From: Nitrospinota bacterium
Lineage (GTDB): Bacteria; UBA8248
Direction: 5' to 3'
Length of the DNA stretch: 47,527 nucleotides
NCBI GenBank assembly: GCA_046581755.1
Contig: JAYGFR010000131.1
Span: forward strand, 1 to 47,527
This document shows, piece by piece, positions 10,236 to 20,021 of this stretch. Both the position numbers and the translations under genes were made by a program. The notes under the pieces are model-generated. The model did no database searches. It had not been told where the DNA came from and worked only from the letters and a program-made list of their open reading frames with translations. Numbering within the stretch: position 1 is the stretch's first letter; the number at the start of each line of letters is the position of its first letter.

Positions 10236-10780
10236 CAGAGCACTTCGACCGAGATGTGATCGTTGGTGTAGATGCATATTTCGGATGTAATTTTGAGTGC
10301 CTGACGCACTATCTCTCCTGCTGTCAGATCGGGTTCGAGGCTGAGAATCCCTTTTGCCGCAGCGGTGGCGATGGGACCGCCGCTGCCGATTCCGAGCACG
10401 CCATCGTCTGGTTCGATGATGTCCCCGGTTCCAGAAAGAATGAGGCTCGAATCCTTGTCGGCAACAGCGAGTATGGCTTCCAGACGGCGAAGAATGCGGT
10501 CCGTCCGCCAGTCTTTTCCCATCTCCACCGCTGCCCGCATGAGGTTGTCGTGGTACTCATCGAGTTTTCCCTCGAACCGCTCGAATAGAGCGATGGCGTC
10601 CGAAGCGGAACCGGCAAATCCGGCAAGAATTTTTTCTCCTCCGAGGCGGCGAATTTTCACGGCGCCGTGCTTGACAGCCGTGTTGCCCATCGTGACCTGA
10701 CCGTCTCCGCCCAGGGCTGTCTGCCCCTTGTAGCGGACGCCGAGTATGGTCGTTGAGCGAATGGTGATTCCTGACGTCAT
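10235..10780 (-). CDS. hslV: ATP-dependent protease peptidase subunit HslV
   Basis: [31 protein letters not shown] and ICIYTN motifs. Confidence 0.98.
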   Translation of the reverse strand: MTSGITIRSTTILGVRYKGQTALGGDGQVTMGNTAVKHGAVKIRRLGGEKILAGFAGSASDAIALFERFEGKLDEYHDNLMRAAVEMGKDWRTDRILRRLEAILAVADKDSSLILSGTGDIIEPDDGVLGIGSGGPIATAAAKGILSLEPDLTAGEIVRQALKITSEICIYTNDHISVEVL

Positions 10781-11754
10781 CGGGACTCCTTCGCGGGGTG
10801 CGCGGCCTTTTTCACCCTCGCCCTGGGATGACTGTCATCGTACACCGCCTGGAGATGAGCGAAATTGACCTGCGTGTAGCGCTGGGTAGTGGATAGGCTT
10901 GAATGCCCCAAAAGCTCTTGGATGGAGCGGAGGTCGGCGCCATCTTCCAAAAGATGCGTCGCTGCGCTGTGGCGGAGGGCATGTGGGGTGAAATGAAACG
11001 AGAATCCTCCCTTTTTTTCATAACTGCGAAGCATCCTCCGTACGCCGTCGGTAGTCATTCGCCGGCCGCGGGAGTTCTGGAACAGAGGAGACGGATCCCC
11101 ACTCGGCCTTTTCGCGTCGGCGGGAGATGGCCCAGGCATCAATGAGAGGTATGACTCGGTGGCTTTCGCGGCTCGTTTTGTGATCGGGATAATTCTTTCT
11201 TTTTTGCCTTTCCCTTTTACGCGTATGAGGCGCTGGGACAGATCGATGTCCGGATTGTCCAGGGCCGTGAGTTCTCCCACCCGGAGGCCAGAGCCGTAAA
11301 GAATTTCGAGTATGGCTTTGTCCCTGGCTCCCTCGGTCGTAGCAGAATCGGGAAGCTCCATGAGCCTTGCCGCATCATCCACCGAAAGGTAGGTAGGCAA
11401 CGGGCGCGGGGTGTTCAAAGAGGGCATCTCACCCGCTGGATCTCCGTCGGATTTTCCCTCCCGGCGAAGAAATCGGTAAAGACTTCTAATGCTTGAAAGA
11501 CGGCGGTTGACGGTCGTCGATTGAAGCCCTCTTCGGTAGAGGTCGCCCAGATAAGAACGCACAGCCACCGCGTCCACTTTTTCCGGCGGCACCGGCTCTC
11601 CGGCCCACTCGGTGAGGAAGGCGTCGAAATCCTCCAGGTCGCGGCCATAGGCGCGAACGGTATGTTCCGATGTGCCGCGCTCGTTGCACAGATAATTTTC
11701 GAATAACTCCCGGCAGGAACTCAACCCGCCGTAGATTTCACGCTCTCTCGCCAT
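10777..11754 (-). CDS. xerC: Tyrosine recombinase XerC
   Basis: GLRVGEL, GKGKKER, HALRHS, QELLGH and TTQRYT motifs, located between trmFO and hslV. Confidence 0.9.
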   Translation of the reverse strand: MAREREIYGGLSSCRELFENYLCNERGTSEHTVRAYGRDLEDFDAFLTEWAGEPVPPEKVDAVAVRSYLGDLYRRGLQSTTVNRRLSSIRSLYRFLRREGKSDGDPAGEMPSLNTPRPLPTYLSVDDAARLMELPDSATTEGARDKAILEILYGSGLRVGELTALDNPDIDLSQRLIRVKGKGKKERIIPITKRAAKATESYLSLMPGPSPADAKRPSGDPSPLFQNSRGRRMTTDGVRRMLRSYEKKGGFSFHFTPHALRHSAATHLLEDGADLRSIQELLGHSSLSTTQRYTQVNFAHLQAVYDDSHPRARVKKAAHPAKESR

Positions 11755-13055
11755 GGCTCCAAGTCCTTTAAGGCGCGTTCCCCGATTCGCATTTTTCGCT
11801 CGCTTTTGGGGGCGTGTTTCTCCAGAGGCGGAAACAAGCCGAAATTGATGTTCATGGGCTGGAAATTTTTCGAGGGAGCCCGCGTGATGTATTGGGTGAG
11901 GGCGCCTAGCGATGAGGTGGCGGGCGCTTCGCGGACGGGTTCACCGTTTACCATGGCGGATGCATATATTCCCGCGAGGAGGCCGGTTGCGGCCGATTCC
12001 AAATAGCCTTCCACTCCAGTGAGTTGTCCGGCAATGAAAAAATTGGGATAGCGCTTGAGTTGAAACGATTTTCGAATCAGGCGCGGTGAATTAATGTAAG
12101 TATTGCGGTGGAGGCTTCCGTAGCGGAGGAATTTGGCGTCCCGAAGAGCAGGCAGTTTTTGAAAAATTCGTTTTTGCTCCGGATAGCGGAGTCGGGTCTG
12201 GAAACCTACCATCGAAAAATATTCGCCCGTCAAGTCCTCTTTTCGGAGTTGAACAACCGCATGATAGGTTTCGCCCGATTCGGGATGTTCAATCCCCACG
12301 GGCTTCATCGGACCGTATGCAAGGGTGTCCTTACCTCGTGAAGCCATTTCCTCCAGCGGAAGGCATCCCTCGAAATAAATGGCTTTTTCGAAGTCCCGCA
12401 TAGGAATTTTTTCTCCCTTGAGCAGATCTTCGTGAAAATTTTGGTATTCACGGTCGCTGAGCCCAATATTGATGTAGTCGCCCTCGCTTCCTTCATCCAT
12501 TCCTTTCCCGTAGCGCGACCCCATGAATGCAGTGGACATATCAATACTGTCGCCGTAAAGGATCGGCGAGATGGCATCGTAAAAGTATAGATACTTCCCT
12601 TGGGTCAGCCGTGCCATTTCGGCCGAAAGGGCGGAACTCGTCAGTGGCCCGGTGGCGATAATCGTTGCCAGATTGTCATCGAGGGAGGTGACTTCTTCGC
12701 GCCGGACTTCGATGCGAGGGTGGTTTTCGACCATCTCCGTCACTTTCCGGCTGAATGCTTCCCGATCCACGGCCAAGGCAATGCCGGCGGGCACGCGCGT
12801 TGCGTCGGCGCACTGGACGATGAGCGAATCGAGACGCCGCATTTCCTCCTTGAGAAGTCCGGAGGCGTTTTCGAGGGAATTGGATCGGAGGGAGTTCGAG
12901 CAGACAAGCTCGGCCAGGTATTCGGTCTGATGTGCCGGAGTGGACACATGTGGACGCATTTCGAACAGTTCGATCTCGACTCCACGGTTTGCCGCCTGCC
13001 AGGCGGCTTCGGAGCCGGCGAGCCCGCCTCCAATGACTCTGATCTTATTTTTCAA
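11721..13055 (-). CDS. trmFO: FAD-dependent tRNA (uracil-5-)-methyltransferase TrmFO/Gid
   Basis: VIGGGLAGSEAAWQ, LAELVCSNS, GVEGYLESAA and FQPMNINFG motifs. TTG start overlaps the topA stop. Confidence 0.96.
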   Translation of the reverse strand: MKNKIRVIGGGLAGSEAAWQAANRGVEIELFEMRPHVSTPAHQTEYLAELVCSNSLRSNSLENASGLLKEEMRRLDSLIVQCADATRVPAGIALAVDREAFSRKVTEMVENHPRIEVRREEVTSLDDNLATIIATGPLTSSALSAEMARLTQGKYLYFYDAISPILYGDSIDMSTAFMGSRYGKGMDEGSEGDYINIGLSDREYQNFHEDLLKGEKIPMRDFEKAIYFEGCLPLEEMASRGKDTLAYGPMKPVGIEHPESGETYHAVVQLRKEDLTGEYFSMVGFQTRLRYPEQKRIFQKLPALRDAKFLRYGSLHRNTYINSPRLIRKSFQLKRYPNFFIAGQLTGVEGYLESAATGLLAGIYASAMVNGEPVREAPATSSLGALTQYITRAPSKNFQPMNINFGLFPPLEKHAPKSERKMRIGERALKDLEPWRESVKSTAG

Positions 13056-15598
13056 GGGGATTCCTCTGCGTTCTTGTTGGCTGCGGGGCCATTTTCGTGG
13101 CCCACCTGGACGGCTATCGCGGGAGGTGCTTTTTCCTTGTAGTCGCATGAATTCACAGGACAAACAAGGTGAGTGCCGTTTTTCTTGGTGGTTTTGAGGG
13201 TGACATGGGGATGATCGCATGTCGGACATGAACGGTTTACGGGGAGGTCCCAGACGACGTATTTGCATTTCGGAAACTGGTTGCATCCATAGAAAATTTT
13301 GCCGGTTCGGCGGGAGCGGCGCGATACGAGCTCGCCATCGCAGTCCTTGCGGGCGCAACTGATTCCAGTCGAAACGGGTTTCTCAACCGGTTCTCCGGCG
13401 GAATTCAACTTCCGGGTTTTATGTTCCTTCGGTTGAGCCGAGCAGCAAAGAAACAATCCATAGGGTCCTCGCTTGACCCGCATCGGCTCACCACATTCCT
13501 CACAGGGAGGCGCTTTTTCCTCGATTTGAGCGAGTTCATCGTCCGTCTCGGCTTCTTCTCCCTCTTCGACGATGCTCTCGGAATGCTTGCAGTCTGGATA
13601 CTTGGAGCAAGAAATAAACCAGCCATTCCGGCTGAATTTTTTTACCAGCGTACTCCCGCATTCCGGGCAATCGCGGCCAATCGGTTCAGTCTTGGTTTTT
13701 AGGTTGGGAAGCGTTTTTTTCGCCGCTTGAATTTTTTTATCAAACTGGTCATAAAAATTCCGGAGCATCGGCAGCCAAGGGATCTCTCCATTTTCGATGT
13801 CGTCGAGAGCGCTTTCGATTTTCGCAGTAAACTTGACGTCAATCTCTTCGGGGAACCCCTGGATCAGCAAATTGTTGACTTCGTTTCCCAGTGATGTCGG
13901 GGTGAACTGACGTTTTTTTCTCTCCATGACGACATATTTTCGTTTTTCCAATGTATCCAGGATAGTGGCGTAGGTGCTAGGCCGGCCCACCCCGTCCTCT
14001 TCCAGCTCTTTGACGAGCGCCGCTTCGGTGTATCTGGGTGGAGGCTGGGTGAAGTGCTGCTCGGGCAGGACACCTGTCGGTGTGGCCTCAGAGGCGAGCG
14101 GGAATACCGGATCGTCTTTCTCTAAATTCGGAAGAAGGCGGTCACTGCCCGATGCCGAGGTAGAGTTTTCGGTGTCGATAAATTCCCCGGATTTTTCTTG
14201 ATACACTTCAAGGAATCCGGAAAATTTCATGACCGATCCCGTGGCGCGAAGGGTGAGGGGCCCGGCCGCGATATCGACGCTGGTTTGATCGAATACGGCT
14301 GGAGTCATTTGGCTGGCTAAATAACGGCGCCAGATGAGCGTGTAAATGGCCAATTGCTCTGGTTTTATCCGGTCCTTGATTTCATCGGGTGTTAGAGCGG
14401 CATCGGTTGGCCGGATGGCTTCATGCGCATCCTGGATATTATCCTTACTTTTGTATGTTGGCGGGCTTTCGGGCAGGTGGCCGCTACTGTAATTTTTACC
14501 GATATAAGTGCGCGCCATCGATACAGCTTCGGGAGCGAGCCGAACCGAATCCGTCCGCATATAGGTGATCAGGCCGACGTTTCCCTGTCCTTGCCCGAGA
14601 TTGACCCCTTCGTAGAGGGATTGTGCGATGGACATGGTCCGTTTGGCGCCGTAGCGGAGCTTTGTGGAGCACTCCTGTTGAAGGGTGCTCGTGATAAACG
14701 GGGCGGGGGGCCGCCGCCGGCGCTCTCGGCGTTCGACCTTGGCCACTTTCAGGGCAGCTCCTTCGATGGTGGCCGCAAGCTCGCGGGCACGCTCTTCGTT
14801 GGGAATTTCGGGCTCCTCACCCTCGATTCGGTGTAGTTTGGCCTCGAAGGGGGGATCGACACCCGGCTTTTCGAGCGATGAGGCAATCGTCCAATATTCT
14901 ATTGGTTCAAACGCGATAACTTCTGCCTCGCGCTCGCTGATTAGCCGAAGGGCGACGGATTGGACCCTTCCTGCACTGAGGCCGAAGGCCACCTTATTCC
15001 ACAGAATTTCTCCAGAGAGTTTGAAGCCGACGATTCGATCTAGTTTGCGGCGCGTCTCCTGGGCATCGACTTTTTCCTGATCGATTCGTCCGGGATTTTC
15101 CAGAGATTCTCGGACAGCGCGTGGAGTAATTTCATTGAACGAAACCCGAAATATCTGGCCGTGTTTTCCATCGTTGCGGAGGATTTCCTGAATGTGCCAG
15201 GCGATGGCCTCGCCTTCCCGGTCCGGATCCGGCGCCAGATAGATTTCATCGGCGGTGCTCGCGGCCCGGCGCAATTCGCTGATGGCTTTTTTCTTTGTTG
15301 GTATTTCTCCGTACTCTCCCTGGAAATCTCCGTAAACGTCGATTCCCATTTTGCGCTCACCGGTTTTCAGGAGGTCTCGAACGTGGCCTCTGGAGGCGAC
15401 GATATTGAAATCGGATCCCAGGAATTTTTTAATCGTGCGAACTTTTGCCGGAGATTCAACGATCAAAAGCTTCGTCGCTGATGAGTTTTTCGAGGGCGAG
15501 GAGCCGGCCTTTTTTCCGGAAGGCGAATTTTCCCGTGGGGTTTTCGCCTTGGCTCTTGACGTACTTTTTGATTTTTTCCGCAGTGTTTTTTGGGCCAT
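13052..15598 (-). CDS. topA: DNA topoisomerase I
   Basis: LLIVESPAK, PDPDREGEAI, SAGRVQS and ITYMRTDS motifs, with C-terminal zinc ribbons. Confidence 0.98.
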   Translation of the reverse strand: MAQKTLRKKSKSTSRAKAKTPRENSPSGKKAGSSPSKNSSATKLLIVESPAKVRTIKKFLGSDFNIVASRGHVRDLLKTGERKMGIDVYGDFQGEYGEIPTKKKAISELRRAASTADEIYLAPDPDREGEAIAWHIQEILRNDGKHGQIFRVSFNEITPRAVRESLENPGRIDQEKVDAQETRRKLDRIVGFKLSGEILWNKVAFGLSAGRVQSVALRLISEREAEVIAFEPIEYWTIASSLEKPGVDPPFEAKLHRIEGEEPEIPNEERARELAATIEGAALKVAKVERRERRRRPPAPFITSTLQQECSTKLRYGAKRTMSIAQSLYEGVNLGQGQGNVGLITYMRTDSVRLAPEAVSMARTYIGKNYSSGHLPESPPTYKSKDNIQDAHEAIRPTDAALTPDEIKDRIKPEQLAIYTLIWRRYLASQMTPAVFDQTSVDIAAGPLTLRATGSVMKFSGFLEVYQEKSGEFIDTENSTSASGSDRLLPNLEKDDPVFPLASEATPTGVLPEQHFTQPPPRYTEAALVKELEEDGVGRPSTYATILDTLEKRKYVVMERKKRQFTPTSLGNEVNNLLIQGFPEEIDVKFTAKIESALDDIENGEIPWLPMLRNFYDQFDKKIQAAKKTLPNLKTKTEPIGRDCPECGSTLVKKFSRNGWFISCSKYPDCKHSESIVEEGEEAETDDELAQIEEKAPPCEECGEPMRVKRGPYGLFLCCSAQPKEHKTRKLNSAGEPVEKPVSTGISCARKDCDGELVSRRSRRTGKIFYGCNQFPKCKYVVWDLPVNRSCPTCDHPHVTLKTTKKNGTHLVCPVNSCDYKEKAPPAIAVQVGHENGPAANKNAEESP

Positions 15599-15603
15599 TT
15601 TTC

Positions 15604-16083
15604 TCAGGTAGTTGGGGGAAAATTCTTAATTTCTAAAATATCGAGAACGCTGTCGCTCAGTGCATCCCGGCGTTCTTTCAGGAGAATCAAGAGTGTCATT
15701 GTTTTTACTTCTTCAAGGCCGATTTCGTCCGATGCCAGGTCGATACATCTTTGGATGATCTCTTCGCGAAGAATCTCATCGATGGCGCCGGCGGTGTAGA
15801 GTTGATGAATTAATCCGTGGGCGGCTGGTGAAAAAGCAAGACGTTCCTCGGGGTGCAGGACGCGAACGGTTCGCCCACGGCTGTCAGTGCTCAGTCCTTG
15901 GTTATAATCTTCGGGGTCTCCATGAATGTGGTGAACCCATGAAAGCACCTCGAATATTTCCTCCGGCTGGAATCCCCGGTTTTCAAGGGTTGCTGTCAAT
16001 TCGCGGTCGTCGAACAAGATATTGCTCCCCCTGAAAGACTCTTCAACGAGAATCTGCATCATTTCGTACATTCTTTCACGCAA
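15604..16083 (-). CDS. smg: Smg / DUF494 family protein
   Basis: LENRGFxxEEI..LSW, RVLHPEE and REEIIQR pattern between dprA and topA. GAGGTG lies upstream of TTG 16083. Confidence 0.75.
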   Translation of the reverse strand: MRERMYEMMQILVEESFRGSNILFDDRELTATLENRGFQPEEIFEVLSWVHHIHGDPEDYNQGLSTDSRGRTVRVLHPEERLAFSPAAHGLIHQLYTAGAIDEILREEIIQRCIDLASDEIGLEEVKTMTLLILLKERRDALSDSVLDILEIKNFPPTT

Positions 16084-16148
16084 ACTATTCACCTCTACAT
16101 CGTTTTCGCCCGCGATTCCGTAAACAACATCATGGGCGGATACGCCAA

Positions 16149-17329
16149 TCAAATTATTTCGTATATACCACCCTCGATTTGGCGCAAAGCTCCCTGCAAC
16201 TCGAGCGTCAACAATATGCTCGATACGGTTTCCGGGCGGAGGGAGGTCAATTTCGTTACGCCCTCGGTGGTGTTCGGCCCCTCTTCGAGACAATTGAATA
16301 TGATGCTTTCCTCCGCATTAAGCGCACATTGGCGCTTGGTGCGGGGAGCGGCCGGATTATTTCCCATCGTTTTTTGACCGGATTTCATCTTCCTGGATGG
16401 GATCGTCAGCGCCTCCTGGACATACGCAGGAAGGACAGCGATTATATCTTTGGCCAGTTCGACCAAATGAGCCCCTTCTTTCAGTATCCGGTGGCAGCCG
16501 GCGCTACGGTGCGATTCTACCGGCCCGGGAACAGCCATCAACTCGCGTCCCTGCTCAAGGGCAAGCCGAGCCGTCAACAAAGCCCCGCTACGGTGGGCGG
16601 CCTCGACCACGACGGTTGCCAGGGCAAGGCCGCTAATTAAACGATTGCGCCTCGGAAAATTTTCAGCCCGGGGCGGATAATTCCAGTTGAGTTCCGTCAC
16701 AACGGCGCCCTGGCCTGAAATTCGGCGCCTCAATTCTTCATGACCCGCGGGATAGTTGACGTTCAGACCGCAACCCAGCACGCCAATTGTACGCCCGCCC
16801 GCATCCATGGCTGCTTGGTGCGCCTCGGCGTCGATTCCGCGGACAAGGCCGCTAATGACCGTGATGCCCTGCTCTGCCAGGGCAGCGGCCAATTTTTGTG
16901 TCATGCGGCGCCCATAGGCCGAAGGGTTCCGCATCCCGACAATGGCCACCCCCAAGGAATCGCTCTTTCGAATATCTCCCTGAACGAACAATGCTCCGGA
17001 GGTGCATATATATTTTTTAGAAGATCGGGGAAATCCGGGTCACTCATGCACAAAATGCTTATGCCCTGGTTTTGGGCCTCCAGGCGAAACTGACGGGCAA
17101 GATCGGCTGGGGAATCGTGTTTGAGGTTCTCCGCCGCTTTTTTGCCGGCGATGCGGGCAAATTCTTCGCTCGGATACAGAAGGGCCTTAATCGGGTTCCC
17201 GTAGGTCTCTACCAAGCGGTGGAGGCGTTCGGGCGTCATCCCTTGAAGCGTTTGAAGCACTAGCCAGGCATCAGAGATTTCGGGAACTTCCTTGCCCCAT
17301 GTGCTCATTTTGTCAGCCAACCCCTGCAT
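16149..17329 (-). pseudogene. dprA: DNA-processing protein DprA with an apparent 1-nt deletion near 16997
   Basis: The N-terminal frame (...FPDLLKNIYAPP) joins the C-terminal frame (ALFVQG, AIVGMR, ISGLVRGID, NFPRRNRLISG) if one G is added to CCGGA. Confidence 0.88.
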
Positions 17330-17512
17330 CGCGTCATCACCTCGAACCGCCGTTTCGAATATTCGGTGGCACCATCCCCTCTTCGGCGGGGGGTACTTGC
17401 CTTCAAATACCATAAGAGATGCGCTCTATGTCAAGGAGAAAATTTTCAGGAAGGCTTTCGGCAGCCAAAATTCGAGCCCCCTGGCTTGCCCAAAAGGGAG
17501 GGGTGGCGCTGG

Positions 17513-18364
17513 TTATCTGGGTTTTCTCCTTCCTGCGAGATGGAGGGACTGGAGCTGTTTCCGGGCTTTTTTCGTGAGATGATGACGAGAAAAATTTTCG
17601 ATCAGTTTCTCGAATTCCAGAGCCGCCCGGCGGTGGTCTCTAATTCGGAGAAAGGTCAATCCTCTTTTATAATAGGCATCGGGGACTTTCCGGCTCTTGG
17701 GGTAACGTTTGATTACTTTCTGGAATTCCTCCAAGGAGGCCGGAAATTCCTTGAGGTCGTAGTAGCTCTCCCCCAGCCAATATTGCGCATTCGCGGCCAG
17801 CCGATTTCTTGGAAAACGCCGCAAAAAATTGCGGAAAAGGAGGATGGCTTCCTCCCCCCTTCTTGCCCGGATGGCCCGGTAGGCGACATTGTAGGCTTCC
17901 CTCGAGGTGCGTGGGAGCTTTTTCCGTGCCCGCCTCCGGGGTGGGCGTTTGGCCCGTTTCAGGACGGCCGGCGGTGGACGAGGGGCTCGAAAGACGGTTT
18001 TCGGGGTGGGCCGCCGCCGGGCCTGTTTTTTTGGAGAAAAATATCTTCTGGATACTGGCCGTGGCCGGGAAGTGGCCGCAGCCGGTTTAGGGCGGCGGCC
18101 CTGGCGCTCTAGCCGGGCCTCCAAGCTGCTTTGCCGCTGGGTCAGCCTTCGCACCAATTGGCCCAGGACTCCGAGTTGTTTTTCGAATTCCGAAATACGG
18201 ACTTCCATCCGGGCGCTTTGCTCCTGGGCCGCCACCGCCTGACGGCTGAGGAGGGTTTCGGATTTCGGGCCAGACGAGGTCGCGAGGATTTCTTCTTCTT
18301 GGGGGGCCGCCGCGCAAGCGCTCAATGCCCACAAAATAAGCATGAGAGCGGTTACATTCCGCAT
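17513..18364 (-). CDS. cpoB: Tol-Pal system protein YbgF/CpoB-like lipoprotein
   Basis: Lipobox LSAC, coiled coil, then TPRs with NAQYWLGESYY and YPKSRKVPDA. Confidence 0.85.
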   Translation of the reverse strand: MRNVTALMLILWALSACAAAPQEEEILATSSGPKSETLLSRQAVAAQEQSARMEVRISEFEKQLGVLGQLVRRLTQRQSSLEARLERQGRRPKPAAATSRPRPVSRRYFSPKKQARRRPTPKTVFRAPRPPPAVLKRAKRPPRRRARKKLPRTSREAYNVAYRAIRARRGEEAILLFRNFLRRFPRNRLAANAQYWLGESYYDLKEFPASLEEFQKVIKRYPKSRKVPDAYYKRGLTFLRIRDHRRAALEFEKLIENFSRHHLTKKARKQLQSLHLAGRRKPR

Positions 18365-18440
18365 GTTCGAGAACCTCGGGTCGAATGAAGGCGGAAGAAA
18401 CGGTGGAGGCGTTCTTTTTTGATTCTACACGAAAAGCGGA

Positions 18441-20021
18441 TTAAATGGCGATAACCTCAAAGCCTTCGATATGAAGCTCGGGGTCTGCCTTGATGACGAG
18501 TTGGAGATTCAGATAATTCTCCAGTTCCTCGACATGATGTCTTTCTTCTTCGAGCAGGCGATCGGCGACGTCTGGATGTACGTTAATCAGGAATTTCCTG
18601 CTGTCCTTGGAGTGGACCCTTACCCGACGCACTTCCCGAAGGGTCTCGTAACTCACCGTGGACGGGCTCTTGACCCTGCCTCTTCCCTCGCAATACGGGC
18701 AAGTATCCGTGAGGACGTGCTCAAGACTTTCCCGAACGCGCTTTCGGGTCATCTCCACGAGGCCGAGGTCGCTGATTTTCGATATTTTCGTCCTTGACCG
18801 GTCCTTAGCCAACTCCTCCTTGAAGGCCTTGATGAGTTTATTCCTGTTTTCCTCGCGCTCCATATCGATGTAATCGACAATGACTATGCCGCCCAGATCG
18901 CGCAGCCTGAGTTGGGCGACGATTTCGCGGACCGCTTCGAGATTTGTCTGGGTGATCGTTTCCTCTGGGTTTCGCTTCCCCACAAAACGGCCTGTATTGA
19001 CATCGATAGTGGTCAGTGCCTCGGTCTGGTCGATGACGATGTAGCCCCCGCTTTTTAGCCAGACGCACTGGCCCAAGGCCCGCTCGATTTCGAGTTCAAC
19101 GCCGTAGTAGTCGAAAATCGGCTCATCGCCCTGATAGTGCTCCAGCTTCGGTACTAGGTGGGGGTAGTAGGTGTTCAGAAATTCCCGGCATCGCTCATAG
19201 GCCTTTTTCGAATCGATGACCATTCTATCCACGTCGGAACCGAACAAATCACGGACCACGCGCTGGATGAGGCTCAGATTGGCGTGAATCAACTCGGGGG
19301 CGGAGGTCGTATTGTTCTTCTCGAAAATATCGTCCCACAGTGCATGGAGAAAAGTCATGTTGGTTTCGATGTCATCGACGTTCATGCCTTCGCTTGCCGT
19401 CCGGACGATGTAGCCCGCACCAGGCTGGCGGTTTTTTTCCACTAGTTTTTTCAGGCGCCGACGCTCGTTTTCATCGTCTATTCGCCGGCTGATACCGATC
19501 TGGTTGATCGTGGGCATGTAAACGACATACCTGCCCGGAAGCGTGATGTAGCTCGTCAGGCGGGAACCCTTGGTGCCCAAAGGCTCCTTGCTGACCTGGA
19601 CGAGAACTTCCTGGCCGTCCTTAAGCAATTCCTCGATACTTTTATTGTTCTCCCCCCGCCAATGTCGCTGGCCCCATCCATTCGGACGTGAAAATCCGTT
19701 TGCATCGTCTTCATCTGCCGGGCCGTCAAAATCGAGATCGGTGTCCTCTTCCAACTCTTCGGCGGCGAACTTCCTGTAATTTTCGATGGACTCGATAGTA
19801 TCGACGTCGTTGACGGAGAGAAAGCCGGCTTTTTCCAACCCGATATCGATGAAGGCCGCCTGCATTCCGGGCAGTACTTTCGTGACCCGTCCTTTATAGA
19901 TATTCCCGACAATCCCTTGTTCGCTTTCCCGTTCCGTGTATAGCTCCGCCGCTACTCCGTTTTCCAGAAGCGCGACGCGGGTTTCGAAGGATTCTGCGTT
20001 GACAATTATTTCAGACGACAT
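18441..20021 (-). CDS. rng: Ribonuclease G (Rne/Rng family)
   Basis: GNIYKGRVTKVLPGMQAAFIDIG, IDVNTG and QLRLRDLGGIVIVD motifs. Confidence 0.95.
   Translation of the reverse strand: MSSEIIVNAESFETRVALLENGVAAELYTERESEQGIVGNIYKGRVTKVLPGMQAAFIDIGLEKAGFLSVNDVDTIESIENYRKFAAEELEEDTDLDFDGPADEDDANGFSRPNGWGQRHWRGENNKSIEELLKDGQEVLVQVSKEPLGTKGSRLTSYITLPGRYVVYMPTINQIGISRRIDDENERRRLKKLVEKNRQPGAGYIVRTASEGMNVDDIETNMTFLHALWDDIFEKNNTTSAPELIHANLSLIQRVVRDLFGSDVDRMVIDSKKAYERCREFLNTYYPHLVPKLEHYQGDEPIFDYYGVELEIERALGQCVWLKSGGYIVIDQTEALTTIDVNTGRFVGKRNPEETITQTNLEAVREIVAQLRLRDLGGIVIVDYIDMEREENRNKLIKAFKEELAKDRSRTKISKISDLGLVEMTRKRVRESLEHVLTDTCPYCEGRGRVKSPSTVSYETLREVRRVRVHSKDSRKFLINVHPDVADRLLEEERHHVEELENYLNLQLVIKADPELHIEGFEVIAI

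Noticed and set aside
10777..11754. Tyrosine recombinase as a mobile-element integrase
   Set aside because: Housekeeping xerC context (topA-trmFO-xerC-hslVU) with overlapping neighbours
16985..17010. Programmed ribosomal frameshift in dprA
   Set aside because: No slippery heptamer at the junction; a single-base deletion explains it more simply
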